Below are positions 31,308 through 43,020 of a stretch of DNA of 64,000 nt, in pieces. The notes below the pieces were generated by a model. It did not search any database. It was not told the DNA's origin and saw only the letters and a list, made by a program, of their open reading frames with translations. Position numbers and translations under genes: made by a program. Numbering within the stretch: the first letter of the stretch is position 1; each line of letters begins with the position of its first letter. Source of the DNA: Hormiphora californensis. Lineage: Eukaryota > Animalia > Ctenophora. The stretch spans positions 7,688,001 through 7,752,000 of the forward strand of contig CM035355.1 in the NCBI GenBank assembly GCA_020137815.1, read 5' to 3'.

Positions 31308-32841
31308 TTACTTGGCGGTAGTTTGTTTCTTCGCCCCCTTGCTTGTATCAATCTCCTCTCGTTTCCTCTTCAACTTGTTAACCACCTTGGCCTTCTGTTT
31401 GTTACTGTGAACCATCTTGTTGTATAGGGCCTTCCTCTTCTTAGGCATCGCCATGAGGGCCAATTTCTTATCCTCTGCAGACAACTCCTTCTTATCACTC
31501 TCACCCTTCTTCTCATCGTCCTCATCGTCCTTTCTGTCTCGGGAGAGCAGCTCCACTTGCTCGGGCGGCACGTACGCACCCTCGTGGACAAACGGTGAGA
31601 GATGGGGAGGTAGAATGGCACCTGGCACATACTCGTCGACTGTGAGTAGCTTCCTCTGGTTCACACAATCAAACACCCACTGGGGCTGAATGTAACATCG
31701 TGACAAAAACTGGTGAGACTGGCTGGGACGATCGACAATGTGATGCGTGATACTCTCATCTGATTCATCATAAGTGCTAGCAACACCAGAATCTGAATCC
31801 CAGGATACTTGACCGCCCAATGATCGGATTATAAGAACGATAATCTCCCGGGGAATTTCTCGACCAAGGAAGAACTTGCAATCCTTGAAAAGAGCTTTAA
31901 ACTCTCCCTCCTCCTTCCTCGTTGCAGCAAGGGTCTCCAGAGTCTCATCTCCCATCAGGAGCTCCTCATCAATCTCATCATCATCATCATCCTTGGGAAC
32001 CTCAGCCAGTTTGATGTTCAGGGACTCAAGGCGTTCCCGGTAGATGTCATCACCAAAGTAAACCCTGCTTTTCTCCGTGAAGACCTCTTCGAGCGCTTTA
32101 GGGCGGGTAGATTAGGTTCAGGTTGGAGAACAGTTTGAAGTTTACAAAACCCAGGAGGGTGGTGTAAAGTTCCAGGAAGGATAACATGACCTTGAAGTCA
32201 ATATTGGTGGGAGGTGGTGTAGTAAACTGGTGAGGCATAATCCAGGTGATGTCATTTCCCTCGATCTCCGCCTGAATGTAGAAACCCTTGATTGACACGA
32301 ACACCTTTTTGATGCACCGTGCCGCGACAACGTAGTGCATAAACTCGACAGCCAACACTCGACACTTGTTGATGATGCCCGTCTGGATTCTGCCTTGCCG
32401 GGGCATGGTACTGAAGAGGAAAACTAGTGATAGAGCATCATCAAGATCTTTAACCGCATCAGGGAATGTGGGATACCGTTCCTTGACAATGTGATCCAAT
32501 GTGTATCTAGGTTTCTGATCTCGAACCCTCTGGACCGTATCCAACTCCTCTCTGCCGAGTGCTTTTTTGATTTTCCTCACAAATATTTTAGTTTCTGCAA
32601 ACTTCTCCAGCATGGGCTCGTGGGCGAGATACTGGATGTCCTTAGCGTAGTAGAAGGTCTTGGGCGCACTACTTCCCTTCGCCAGCTTCCTCTTCTTTCT
32701 GGGTTCGTGAGGGTAGATTCCCTTCAAGATGCATATTTTCCGGAAGTCAGGGAGGGTCAACTGCAGTTTTTTCACTGCTTGTGTTCGTGTGATGTAGTTG
32801 TTGGCGGCTCCTCTCTCTCCTTTCTTCTGTATCTTACCCAT
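31308..32841 (-). CDS. PES1: Pescadillo (ribosome biogenesis, BRCT domain), intronless, with a 1-nt frameshift near 32100
   Basis: '[29 protein letters not shown]', '[17 protein letters not shown]', BRCT 'ITHHIVDRP...[12 protein letters not shown]', 'LPPHLSPFV'. Removing one C from CCG CCC TAA restores YPPK and joins ORFs 32098-33009 and 31308-31955. Confidence 0.92.
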
Positions 32842-35800
32842 TTTGACTAGAGGTGGAAGGAGGGGTTGGTTAGTTATATCAACGATTAGGGGAGGTCGGA
32901 GAAGGTCAGTATATGGTTTGGATTTCGGAGACTGGGGAGAAGGTAAATTGATTGAAACACGAAGAGTATTAAAAGGTGTATAATTGTTGTGGCGAACGAA
33001 TAAAAACATTTACTGTACACGATTTTACTAAAACACTAAAAATCACATAAATAAATTATAATAAAAGTTTCGCTGCCTCTCATTCAAGATTTCAGGTTGT
33101 TCTGAAGATAAATCGTCTGAAAAATAAACCCTTCCCATTCTCTCGTAAATGATAAATTCTAAAATATAATGATTCCTCTGTCCCCTGTATAAACATAAGC
33201 TATTCCTCTACCATCGTGTAAAATAATAAGTAATATTACCACACTGCACACTGAACGTCAAACACATAATACCTATTATACTGCTAGTTTTCTAATCACA
33301 CACACACTGTATATTATATCGGTACTGAATACTACACAAACTCCTCTTTGACCGGCCCATCCTCATTTCCCTCGGTGCCCGTCTCAGTTCCCTCTAAGTC
33401 TAGTACATTTCTCAAATTATTGACCTTGGGCCCGCCCCAATCTACCAAATAGTCCAACTGAGAGCTTGTGTCAAAGTGACAGAGGGACTTTAGGGAACCC
33501 GCTAACCCAGAGTCTTTATCCCTTCTGATCTGATCACCCGGCAGGATGTCAACCTGCTCTAACTTCCTAAATATCACCGCCTCCGTACACTGCGATGACC
33601 GGCCGCTGTCCGAGGCTGCGTAGTTGAATGATCGAGGGGTGTAACCTGTTGCTGATCCAGAATGAACGCTGTAGTGAGGGGAGTTGATGTGGTAATCGTG
33701 GTTTGTGTAGGCGTTATACTCCGCATCGTAACCCTTAGTGTCCAGGTCCAGGTTGGAGATATGGATCGGGTTCATCCGGATGTTATCAGTGATCTGGCCA
33801 CCTCGAACTCGCCTTTGGTGGGAATCACCCCTTCCTCCAGTCACTGCTGCATCGAACTCAGTGGTCGCCTCCTTCTTCTCCTGCTTCCGTTTCTTTGCTC
33901 GCAACACACAGATGACCAAGATAACAATGATAATGAGAGCCAGAGCAACCCCACAACACACTGCGATCAATAGCATGGTGCTATCTGAGCCGGGGAGGCA
34001 GTCAGTCCGGAAATAGCCATCTTCACACAAGCATGCCGTGATGGTTGTGTTGTGGAAACAAGTTCCGTGGTTAGAGCACTCTTCATCCCGGCACTCACAG
34101 GTCTTCCCTGCAGTTCCCTGAACACACTGGCAGGTGAAATCGTTCACTTTATCAAGGCAGACACCCCCGTTTTGACAAGGATTCGGCGAACAGATAGACT
34201 GGATGATGGTGAAGGTGACATCAACTGTAGAATAGAAGGAAGCGTCGAGGACAGAGGAGGCTTTCACCTGGGTTGTATGTACCTCGTTTGTACTCGAAAT
34301 AGCACCCTTTTGGACAACAATCCCCGACATGGGAAAGAGTGAGAAATGGGTGTTGGGTTGAACGAATGAGAACTGGGAATCTGATCCTCCGGAGATCACT
34401 GCAACCTGACCGACGGGAGTGTTGGCTGTTGAATCTGCATACACAGAAAACTCGTAGCTACTCTTTTTGAAAACGGGCTTTGTTGCTACTGTCTCGATTG
34501 TAATTAGGACTGTCATGAGATTGGAGACCAATGAAGGGATACCCATATCACGAGCCCTGATACCCAGTCGAATGCTGCTCTCCGTAGTTACCTGCTGCAG
34601 TGAACTGGCAACATAAATCTCACCGCTGGTTGAGTCAACTGTAAAGAAATTACTCGGGGAATCGAGGTAGTACTGAACAGACCCATAGATCCCTGAATCG
34701 GCATCTGTTGCAAGGACACTCCTAACCACAGACCCCTTGCTGATATCACTGGAAACTGTTATGGTAGTGAAAGCAGGGAGGAACAGCGGCGAGTTATCAT
34801 TGACATCAATTATCTGAACAAACACCGATGCAAAGACAGAGACAGAGTTCTTTGTGGCACAGAGGGTGATGTTATAACTGTTCCAGGTCTCATAATCAAG
34901 TGAATTGTTAACGGTAAGATGGCCAGCGGTGTCAATTGCAAAGGAGTTGTTGTAGTTACCACCCTGGATGGAAAGGGAGGAAGGAGGGGATGTAAAGGTG
35001 ACACTATCCACAGTTGAAGAGGAAGACTCAAGGACTTGGAAGTTGTAATGTGTCTGAGAGAAGACATCAGGTGGTGATGTATTGACAACACTGATTGAGA
35101 CACTTTTAGATGAGGATTTAGTGCGGCCGGCAGCAACCACACCCAGGCTTGCTGAAGAACACCCTCCCCCAGGACAGGTTATAACACCAGTTTCCGCATT
35201 GATCACAAAATTCGAGGATCTCTTTTTAGACTGCAAGCTGTAGGATATCTCCCGATCGGAGGGATCAATATCAACAGCACCAACTGCACCGTAGATATCA
35301 CCACCCGTGGAGGGGACTGAAAAGGAGCTGTCCGAGTAGAAAGAGGGAGCTGTCAGATCGCTGTCTAGGATTTTGATCACAAGGACCATCTCTGAGCTCA
35401 ACTCCCCATCACTTGCCTTGACATTTAGATTACAGTAAAGGCTTTGTTTCACCGGGAAACTGTCAAGAGATTTCGCAACTTTTACTCGACCCGTGGACGA
35501 TCCGACAGTGAAGAACTCAGAACAGGAAGTACTGGTCATGGTATAACTCACAGAGCCTCCATCAGGATCAATTGCAGAGACAGTTTCCACGGTATCCCCA
35601 ACTCTGGCTGACTGATCTACCTCTACAAGGATCTCCTCATTGTCAAATACAGGAGCATTGTCATTAACATTACCCACCACAACACCGACCGTAGCCGTGG
35701 TCATTAGCGATGGGGACCCTCCGTCCGCAGCGAGGACAAGCAGTGTAAAGGAGGGTGTCGTCTCATAGTCTAGTGGGGACGCCAGGATGATCTTCCCGTG

Positions 35801-36613
35801 ATCCGAGATGGAGAAAGTATCACGGTAATTACCGTTTAGGAAGGAGTAAGTTAGAGTTCCCCGCTCCCCAAAGTCAAGGTCGTAGCAGGACATGATGTGA
35901 ACGATGGAACCCACCACCAGATCCTCGGGTTTTGGGACATGGACCGTTCCGGGACACACCGGGGCCGTGTTTTCCTCCCTGTACTCAAACTTTACAATCA
36001 TGAATGAAGATAGAACAGGGACACCACAATCCTCCGCCTTCACTGTGACTGATGTTTTGAAACTTGTTATCACTTTGCTGTTTAGAGTTACTTGGCCCGT
36101 ACTCGAGTTAACCGTGAACTCCTTTACAGAGGGGGAGAGAGAGAACCGTACTTTACCGTTATCACCACTGTCGGCATCAGTTGCCGTTACTGTGAACACG
36201 ATAGTTCCTACGGGTACTCCTTCATCAAAATAAACAGCCCTCTGGTCGGATGGATTGGTGAAAACTGGGGTGTTATCATTGTCATCCAGGACCAGAAGTA
36301 AAAACTCCATGCTGGTCGAGAGTGGTGGTACGCCCTTGTCAGATGCTTGCACAGTAAACGAGCATGCTGTTTCATCTGTTTCATAATCCACGGAGGATAC
36401 CAGTTTGAGGGCCCCAGAGGAGGGATGAACGGAGACACATGGAGTGGAGCTAGTTATTGAAAATGTCACGGTTCCATTCACACCCTCATCCGGATCTGTT
36501 GCGTTCACTTTGACAAACTCAATTCCAACTCCGGTACTTTCATGTACGTAAATCGGACTGGTGCTATCATCAAAACTCGGTGCGTTATCGTTTTCATCGC
36601 TCACTTTCACCGT

Positions 36614-36740
36614 GGGATGGGAATGGTTGTGTGATGTGTGTCGTTGTTGGTAACTTCCACCTCTCACATGGCAAGTCCGAACAGTCCACCTCCGCGTGGT
36701 CCATCCTGGGCGGGTCCAGCGTGATCCGGCTAAGAGGCTG
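36614..36740 (+). ncRNA. HDV-like self-cleaving ribozyme at the RTE 5' end
   Basis: P1 GGGAUGG (36614-20) / CCAUCCU (36701-07) with G1-U wobble; P2 CAGUCC / GAGGCUG with bulged A; P3 ACC/GGU; L3 UCCGCGU; P1.1 CC/GG; P4 CGGGUC/GAUCCG; J4/2 G-C(36730)-UAA. Confidence 0.88.
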
Positions 36741-36751
36741 CGGGCGATGCG

Positions 36752-39145
36752 GTGTGTCGTGCTAGCTACTCGTCATGCTTTAAAAATTCAGCTACGAATC
36801 TCTCGGTGTCCTCCTCAAATTTGGCGTCGGTGAAAGCTGGCAAGGACCGGTACTGCGGCAGCGAGGTTAGGGTGACCAGGGGACGGGAGGAGGGTAAAGC
36901 TGATTCGGGGCCCTCCGACCTGATGGGAGCCCCGGTTCCGGTTTCATTCAGTCGCAGAGTTATTTCGGGTCAACACATCCCTGGTGTGGCCCACCCCGGT
37001 ACATTGAATCCGCTTAATTGTGTTCGTGATTATTTTCATCTGGCAACTTGGAATGTTTTATCTCTACAGTCATCATCATCTAAGTTGTATGAATTATCTA
37101 ATGCAGTTTCATCTTTCCGACTCGACGTTTTGCTTCTCACAGAAACGCACTGGCCTGGTACGGAGGTCATCACCCTGGATAACGGGCATCTTTTCATTAA
37201 CTCTGGCAGGGCAGATGGTTTGAGGCGGCAAGGTGTTGGGTTGGTTTTATCAAAATCTGTCAAGAAGTCCTTAATTTCCTACAGTCCCTTCTCTGAACGC
37301 ATCATGGCAGCCCGACTACACACCAAACATGTTAATATCTCCCTTGTTGTTGCATATGCTCCAACCAATGACAAGGATGACGCGGTCAAGGAGGAGTTTT
37401 ACAACCAGTTGTCATCGGTTTTGGATAGGCTCCCCCGGCAGGACGTGGTCTTCCTGGGTGGGGATTTCAACGCGAGGGTTGGTGGTGGGCACTCTCTCCA
37501 TCAAGTTTCAAATGACAATGGTGAGCGGTTGGAGGATTTGTGTGGTGCTTACCAGTTGTCTATTGGTGGAAAGATGTTCCCTCATAGGGATCATCACAAA
37601 GGAACGTGGAAGTCTCCTGACGGTACCACTGTCACACAGATAGATCATCTGTGTGTTGGAAACAAGTGGCGAAGTTCTCTGTTAGATGTTAGGGTCCTAA
37701 GGAGTGCAGACATCGGGTCTGATCACTACCTGGTACGAGGAAAGGTTAGGATCCGGCTGAGTGCAGCTAAGAACTGTAGAAAACCTGTCAAAGAGGTTCC
37801 AGCCATAGAGAATCTCAGGAAGGGGTGCGACGAGACACGCACGGAATACAATGTCTCTCTCCGGAACAGGTTCGAATCTCTGGAGCCTGAGGAAAGTCTG
37901 GAGGGTCAGTGGGGGCAGTTTAAGGAGGTAATCGGTGAGGTGTCACTTGAGGTCCTGGGAGCACGGCCTAAGCAGGTTCGTCAACAGCACCTGTCTCTGG
38001 AAACTCGAGACCTTATCTCTCAACGTGCTGAGCTGAAGAAGAATGATCCCGCTGGTGGATCTGAGTACTCCAGGCTTAACAAGCTGGTCAAGAAGGCCTC
38101 ACGTTTGGATGCAGTGAAACATGGTGGGGAACTCTCCGATTGGTTCAATGTTCTTAGTGGTACTGGTCAGGGCGACATCCAGGGGCCGCCAGTCTTTAAC
38201 ATCGTTATAAACTGGGCAGCTCAGCTTGCTGAGTGTAACAAGACTGTCTCCAGGGGGCTCACTCTTCAGGGTGTTGAGAGTGGGGATGGAGGGGAGTGGC
38301 TTCTGGACCTCGATTACGCGGATGATATGGCTGTAATGGATGATACAGAGGAAGGGCTCCAGGAGTCTACAGATTTACTGACTAAATACGCTGGGTATGC
38401 TGGTTTGAAGATCAATGCGAAAAAGACTAAAGTTATGGCATTTTCTAAGGGTCTTAACCAGCGTCCCTTTTCGGAGGCGGATACGGTCAACATATCTGTG
38501 GAGGGCAATCCGGTTGAGCAGGTGACCAGTTTCACCTATCTTGGATCGGCTATGTCCTCTGATGGTACCATCGACAAGGAGCTGGGTATCAGGATAGGGA
38601 AGGCATACAGTGCATTCAGTATGCTTTGTAGGATCTGGTACAACCGTAACATCAGGACCTGTACCAAGATCAGGATTTACAGGGCTGCTGTTCTGACGGT
38701 GCTTCTCTATGGTTGTGAGGCCTGGACCACCACGCAGGTACAAGATCGCCGGGTGGAGGCATTCCACCAACGGTGCCTGCGGAGAATCCTGAGAATACAG
38801 TGGTTTAGGAGAGTATCTAACAGGGAGGTACTGGAAAGGGCGGGGATAGAACCAATCTCGAAGTTCATAGGCAATGGGAGACTCCGCTGGTTTGGACACC
38901 TGGTTAGAATGCCTGAGGATAGGGTGCCCAACAAACTCTATCACTGGGTGCCTAGTCATGGGAAACGTTCCAGAGGAAAACCGCGTAAAACCTGGTCCTC
39001 CTGTGTTCTGAATGACTATCGAGACGCTACGGGTCAATCCCAGTCTCTCCGTGCTATTACTAACACTGCAGAGAACAGAAATGAATGGAGACAGCTCACG
39101 TCGCTGCGAGCGAGGATACTTGGAGCCGGCCACTCGAATGATTGA
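36752..39145 (+). CDS. RTE ORF: APE endonuclease plus truncated reverse transcriptase
   Basis: Endonuclease motifs 'ATWNV', 'LTETH', 'YAPT', 'GDFNA', 'IDH', 'SDH'; RT 'GTGQGD', 'DYADD', 'YLGS'; C-terminal 'RLRWFGHLVRM'. The RT N-terminal subdomains are missing at ~38110. Confidence 0.9.
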   Translation: MCRASYSSCFKNSATNLSVSSSNLASVKAGKDRYCGSEVRVTRGREEGKADSGPSDLMGAPVPVSFSRRVISGQHIPGVAHPGTLNPLNCVRDYFHLATWNVLSLQSSSSKLYELSNAVSSFRLDVLLLTETHWPGTEVITLDNGHLFINSGRADGLRRQGVGLVLSKSVKKSLISYSPFSERIMAARLHTKHVNISLVVAYAPTNDKDDAVKEEFYNQLSSVLDRLPRQDVVFLGGDFNARVGGGHSLHQVSNDNGERLEDLCGAYQLSIGGKMFPHRDHHKGTWKSPDGTTVTQIDHLCVGNKWRSSLLDVRVLRSADIGSDHYLVRGKVRIRLSAAKNCRKPVKEVPAIENLRKGCDETRTEYNVSLRNRFESLEPEESLEGQWGQFKEVIGEVSLEVLGARPKQVRQQHLSLETRDLISQRAELKKNDPAGGSEYSRLNKLVKKASRLDAVKHGGELSDWFNVLSGTGQGDIQGPPVFNIVINWAAQLAECNKTVSRGLTLQGVESGDGGEWLLDLDYADDMAVMDDTEEGLQESTDLLTKYAGYAGLKINAKKTKVMAFSKGLNQRPFSEADTVNISVEGNPVEQVTSFTYLGSAMSSDGTIDKELGIRIGKAYSAFSMLCRIWYNRNIRTCTKIRIYRAAVLTVLLYGCEAWTTTQVQDRRVEAFHQRCLRRILRIQWFRRVSNREVLERAGIEPISKFIGNGRLRWFGHLVRMPEDRVPNKLYHWVPSHGKRSRGKPRKTWSSCVLNDYRDATGQSQSLRAITNTAENRNEWRQLTSLRARILGAGHSND

Positions 39146-41317
39146 GGAGACCGAACCAAGTATCAAGTAAGTAAGTATCTTTCACCGTCACAACTTTACA
39201 TGACCCCAGCTGCTGGGAGACAGGTGAGGCTTGATCAGTGGCACATATTTTCACACTGATCCGGCTCTGAGTCTCTCTATCGATCTCTGCTCGAGTCCTT
39301 ACAGCGCCACTAGTCCTGTCTACCGCCAGAAGATCACTGGTTAGGTTATAGTGAACCGACCCCCGCAGGTCCTGAGTCCGCATCTGTCGCCAAGGACGGT
39401 GAAGAGTTTAGTTCCTATGTCAACGTTTTCAGCCACCCAAACGGTCGATATACCGTCTACAAATATTGGTACGTTGTTGTTCACTTCAATGACGGTGATC
39501 TTGATTGTCTGTTCGGCCGATTTGGAAGGAGTACCCAGTGATCTGATGCCGTTACTTTTACCGTGTAGACCGTGGAAGAGGAGGAGAGTTTCTGAAGAAG
39601 AACGAGATTCCCGGTGGCACTTTCAACTGAGAACAGGCCATTTGGATTTGATGAAAGGGTATAACTAACCTTCCATTGAGACCACTATCAGCATCATGTT
39701 GCCTCGACCTTCAGTATGAACTGTCATGGGAGACGTCGACTCGACCACCCCGATTTCTATCGTATCAGAGACGAACACCGGTGCGTTATCGTTCACATCA
39801 GATAGCTCAACAATCACAGTAGCACGACCACTTAGAGAAGGAGTTCCGTTGTCCGTAGCAACCACAGAGACGTTGAATCTTGGCTGGGTTTCAAAATCTA
39901 ATGCTCGTCGAGTGGTGATAACCCCAGATTGCCCGTTCAACTGAAAGACCTGCTGGTTCTTCAGGAAGGAAAATGTGATCTGATTGTTCAACGGTCCATC
40001 CTTGTCTGAAGCCCGGACAGTCACCACTGGGCTTCCCACGGCAGTGTTCTCAGGGACCACAACAGTGTAGGGATCCTGACTAAAAACTGGAGCATTAAAA
40101 AGGGCATACGTAGGGGTACGTCCATCTGACCCGAGGATGTAGCCTTTACCCCCTGCCTAGTTCTCGTAATCGACTTCACGGATTAATGAGAGTACACCTG
40201 TAGTTGAATGTATGGAAAAGTATTGAACGTTAGTGCTCTGTGATACAAAGTACCTCACTAAACCATTGTCTCCCTCATCTGCATCAGTGGCGAGTATTGT
40301 TTCAATTATGTAAGGGATCGCAACGCTCTCTGGAATGGTAAAGGAGTAGGGAGCGTCCGTGAAAATAGGACTATTATCATTCACATCTTGAACTATTATT
40401 GTTAGTGCCAGAGTCCCAGACAGAGACGGATGCCCCTTATCCTCGATCTCCACAGTAAGTTCGTACCGAGATCGCTCCTCACGATCGAGTGAGGCCGTAA
40501 TTCTTAGCATGACCTTCTGGAAGGTGGCCGTGGTCTGAAGGATCGGCTGAAATGGCCAGTTCTGATCTGCCATGTCGACTAACTGAACTCGCTTCAATAG
40601 CCCATTGTCCCCCGTGTCACCGTCACTCCAGGGCGGCAAGTCGAATGTCTGCTCCCCCATACCCTCAGCAACTTCGATTGAAAAACTGTCAACGGAAAAA
40701 TGGGGAGCCTGGTCGTTGATGTCAATAATTGTCACGTCAATCACGACCAACACCTTTTGATGGGAACTGTCTGTGCCGGAGAATTTCAGGGTAATATCAT
40801 CAGAAGAGAGAGATTCACGGTCAATGACATCAGTTGTTTTAAGTGTCTCTGAGGTCGTCTCGTAAACGAAATAGTGGGCACAATTGCAGTCTGATGTTAT
40901 GGTGTATGTTCCATCTGGATCAATGCCAGACAGTTGACCGACGAATGCCCCTGCCGGTTGCTCCTCCTTGACACTGAAACTGAACATGGTATTAGAATTA
41001 GATTAGTGAATATATTTGTTTATTAACTAGGTATGAAGTTGCGCTTGCCACCGAAAGTGCTCAACCTTGTCACGGGAGCTGTATTAGTAGAAATGAAACA
41101 CGGAGATTTACGCAAACACATGTTTATTGGAACAAGATAGATAGTATCTTCACTCGCTGCATTCTCACGTTTCTCTCTTTTCTCACACAACACGCCCTAC
41201 TGTACAACAGTGAAGGGGAAACATACAGCGGGCAGATCTCAGGGTGGAAGGGTCATTTGTTAATTATTATAATGAGATCTGATCAGGATTGAATAGGGAG
41301 GAAACTAGAAAAATATC

Positions 41318-41391
41318 TGGCGAGGGCCGGGCTCGAACCGACAACCTCTGCATTACATGTACATTGCTCTAACCTATTGAGCTACCTCGCC
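41318..41391 (-). tRNA. tRNA-Thr(TGT)-like sequence, probably a pseudo-tRNA or SINE head
   Basis: Acceptor stem GGCGAGG/CCTCGCC; D arm GCTC/GAGC; T loop TTCGAGC; anticodon loop CA-TGT-AA (A at position 33); T5 run a few nt downstream. Confidence 0.6.
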
Positions 41392-41652
41392 TACAATTTA
41401 TCTACATTTCCTCTCTCTATATCACTGATCATGCCCTTAGATATTGCAGCTGTAACTCATATAGGAACAAGATAGATAGTATCTTCACTCGCTGCATTCT
41501 CACGTTTCTCTCTTTTCTCACACAACACGCCCTACTGTACAACAGTGAAGGGGAAACATACAGCGGGCAGATCTCAGGGTGGAAGGGTCATTTGTTAATT
41601 ATTATAATGAGATCTGATCAGGATTAAATAGGGAGGAAACTAGAAAAATATC

Positions 41653-41726
41653 TGGCGAGGGCCGGGCTCGAACCGACAACCTCTGCATTACATTTACATT
41701 GCTCTAACCTATTGAGCTACCTCGCC
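41653..41726 (-). tRNA. Second tRNA-Thr(TGT)-like copy
   Basis: Same as 41318-41391 except anticodon loop AA-TGT-AA. Confidence 0.55.
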
Positions 41727-43020
41727 TACAATTTATCTACATTTCCTCTCTCTATATCACTGATCATGCCCTTAGATATTGCAGCTGTAACTCATATAGG
41801 AACAAGATATATAGTATCTTCACTCGCTGCATTCTCACGTTTCTCTCTTTTCTCACACAACACGCCCTACTGTACAACAGTGATTTAATCCTGATCAGAT
41901 CTCATTATAATCATATGTTTATTGATTTCAGTACCTGAAAGTTGCATTTCCAACAGCAATAAACGTCAAGTATAGAGTTACTAGGAGGTAGAAACGCATG
42001 GAATATCAGATCTTTCTTTCAGTGACATCTAACTTTCATTGCTGTGATGAAAAGGATTGTTAGCAACCATTCGTTACAGTTTACACGCAATATTTTCACA
42101 TCAAAAGTTCCGTATTGCAATTGCAAGTTGGGGCATGATACTATTTTGAAGACCATAGACCAGCAGTGCCTAGTACAAACAATAAAGAAAGAAGGGCGAT
42201 AAAAATGAGGTTGAAGCCATTGGAAAATGGTGCTCCGCCTGCCGCCATATTGGCCTCCCACGATATCAAGGACACACGAAAAACGGTTAATGTTATTGGA
42301 CGGCGTCTTAGACGTCTACGAATTGTAGACCGCTTCGTAGGCAACACTTTATGCGGGCGGGCAATATGACGGGCACCTAAGTTACAAAATATTTTTGGTC
42401 AATACCCCATTTGTTCCATCCAATTACCCCCTGATGGCTGATTCTTCAGAGTGACGATAATTTTAAAATGGCATGAACAAGTCAAAAGACCACCGCTGAC
42501 CGCAACCATTAAAAAGGGTACATGCTCGATTTTTTTTCGATCGCTCCGACGGCCGACCGACGGGCACTGCTAAGTAAGTAAGTAAGTAAGTAAGATTATA
42601 CATTTATATCCCACTCAACAGTGACAAAATTTAACATAGAAAAATGTGCCAACGCACTAGCTATGCTTAAGCACTTCCTCAAGTGGATACAGTCCTTGTA
42701 TCAACAGTCATTAAATATATTGCTCGCAACGACTGGAGCAACTTCTTAACATTTCACCAAAAGACATTAAAAAACGAAATACAAAAATTGTTAATAAATT
42801 AGTCCAGAGCATTTGGTTCGGTTAATCTCAGCATGTCTGAGTTTTTCTTACTCGTCAACAACTGGTATCTCGTATCTCGTTGCGTTCGATTTTGTTATCC
42901 CGAAGAGTATCTTGTTACGTCACGTTCACTCCCCCATAACCCGTACCACTCCCAATCATACAGATGGTTTGGTAGCTTTTCCAGGAAGGGGGATTCTCCA
43001 GAGGTGTGTAATATAGGAGA

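Larger units (their letters stand above)
36614..39178 (+). mobile_element. RTE-clade non-LTR retrotransposon, 5'-complete but internally deleted, inserted in the cadherin exon
   Basis: 10-bp TSD CTTTCACCGT at 36604-36613 and 39179-39188; (AAGT)n 3' tail; APE endonuclease and RT ORF. Confidence 0.92.
41130..41912. mobile_element. tRNA-containing element as ~2.25 head-to-tail 335-bp units plus an inverted terminal piece, in cadherin intron 1
   Basis: Units start at ~41129, 41464 and 41799; ~41884-41910 is the reverse complement of ~41602-41628; flanking direct repeat ATGTTTATTG at ~41120-41129 and ~41915-41924. Confidence 0.7.
33332..41999 (-). pseudogene. Fat/Dachsous-like cadherin (signal peptide, roughly 13-14 cadherin repeats, 2 EGF, TM, cytoplasmic tail); disrupted in this assembly
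   Basis: Signal-peptide exon 41999-41935 (MRFYLLVTLYLTFIAVGNA); long exon from 40979 with DxNDNxPxF, DRE and DYE motifs; EGF 'CSPNPCQNGGVC'; TM; tail 'GSLKSL...DYLVDWG...EEFV*'. Interrupted by an RTE at 36614-39178, a stop plus foreign filler at ~40097-40159, and indels at ~39380-39720. Confidence 0.8.

Noticed and set aside
36614-39178. RTE removed as an intron from the cadherin mRNA
   Set aside because: On the cadherin strand the element starts ATACTTAC, with no GT-AG at its boundaries.
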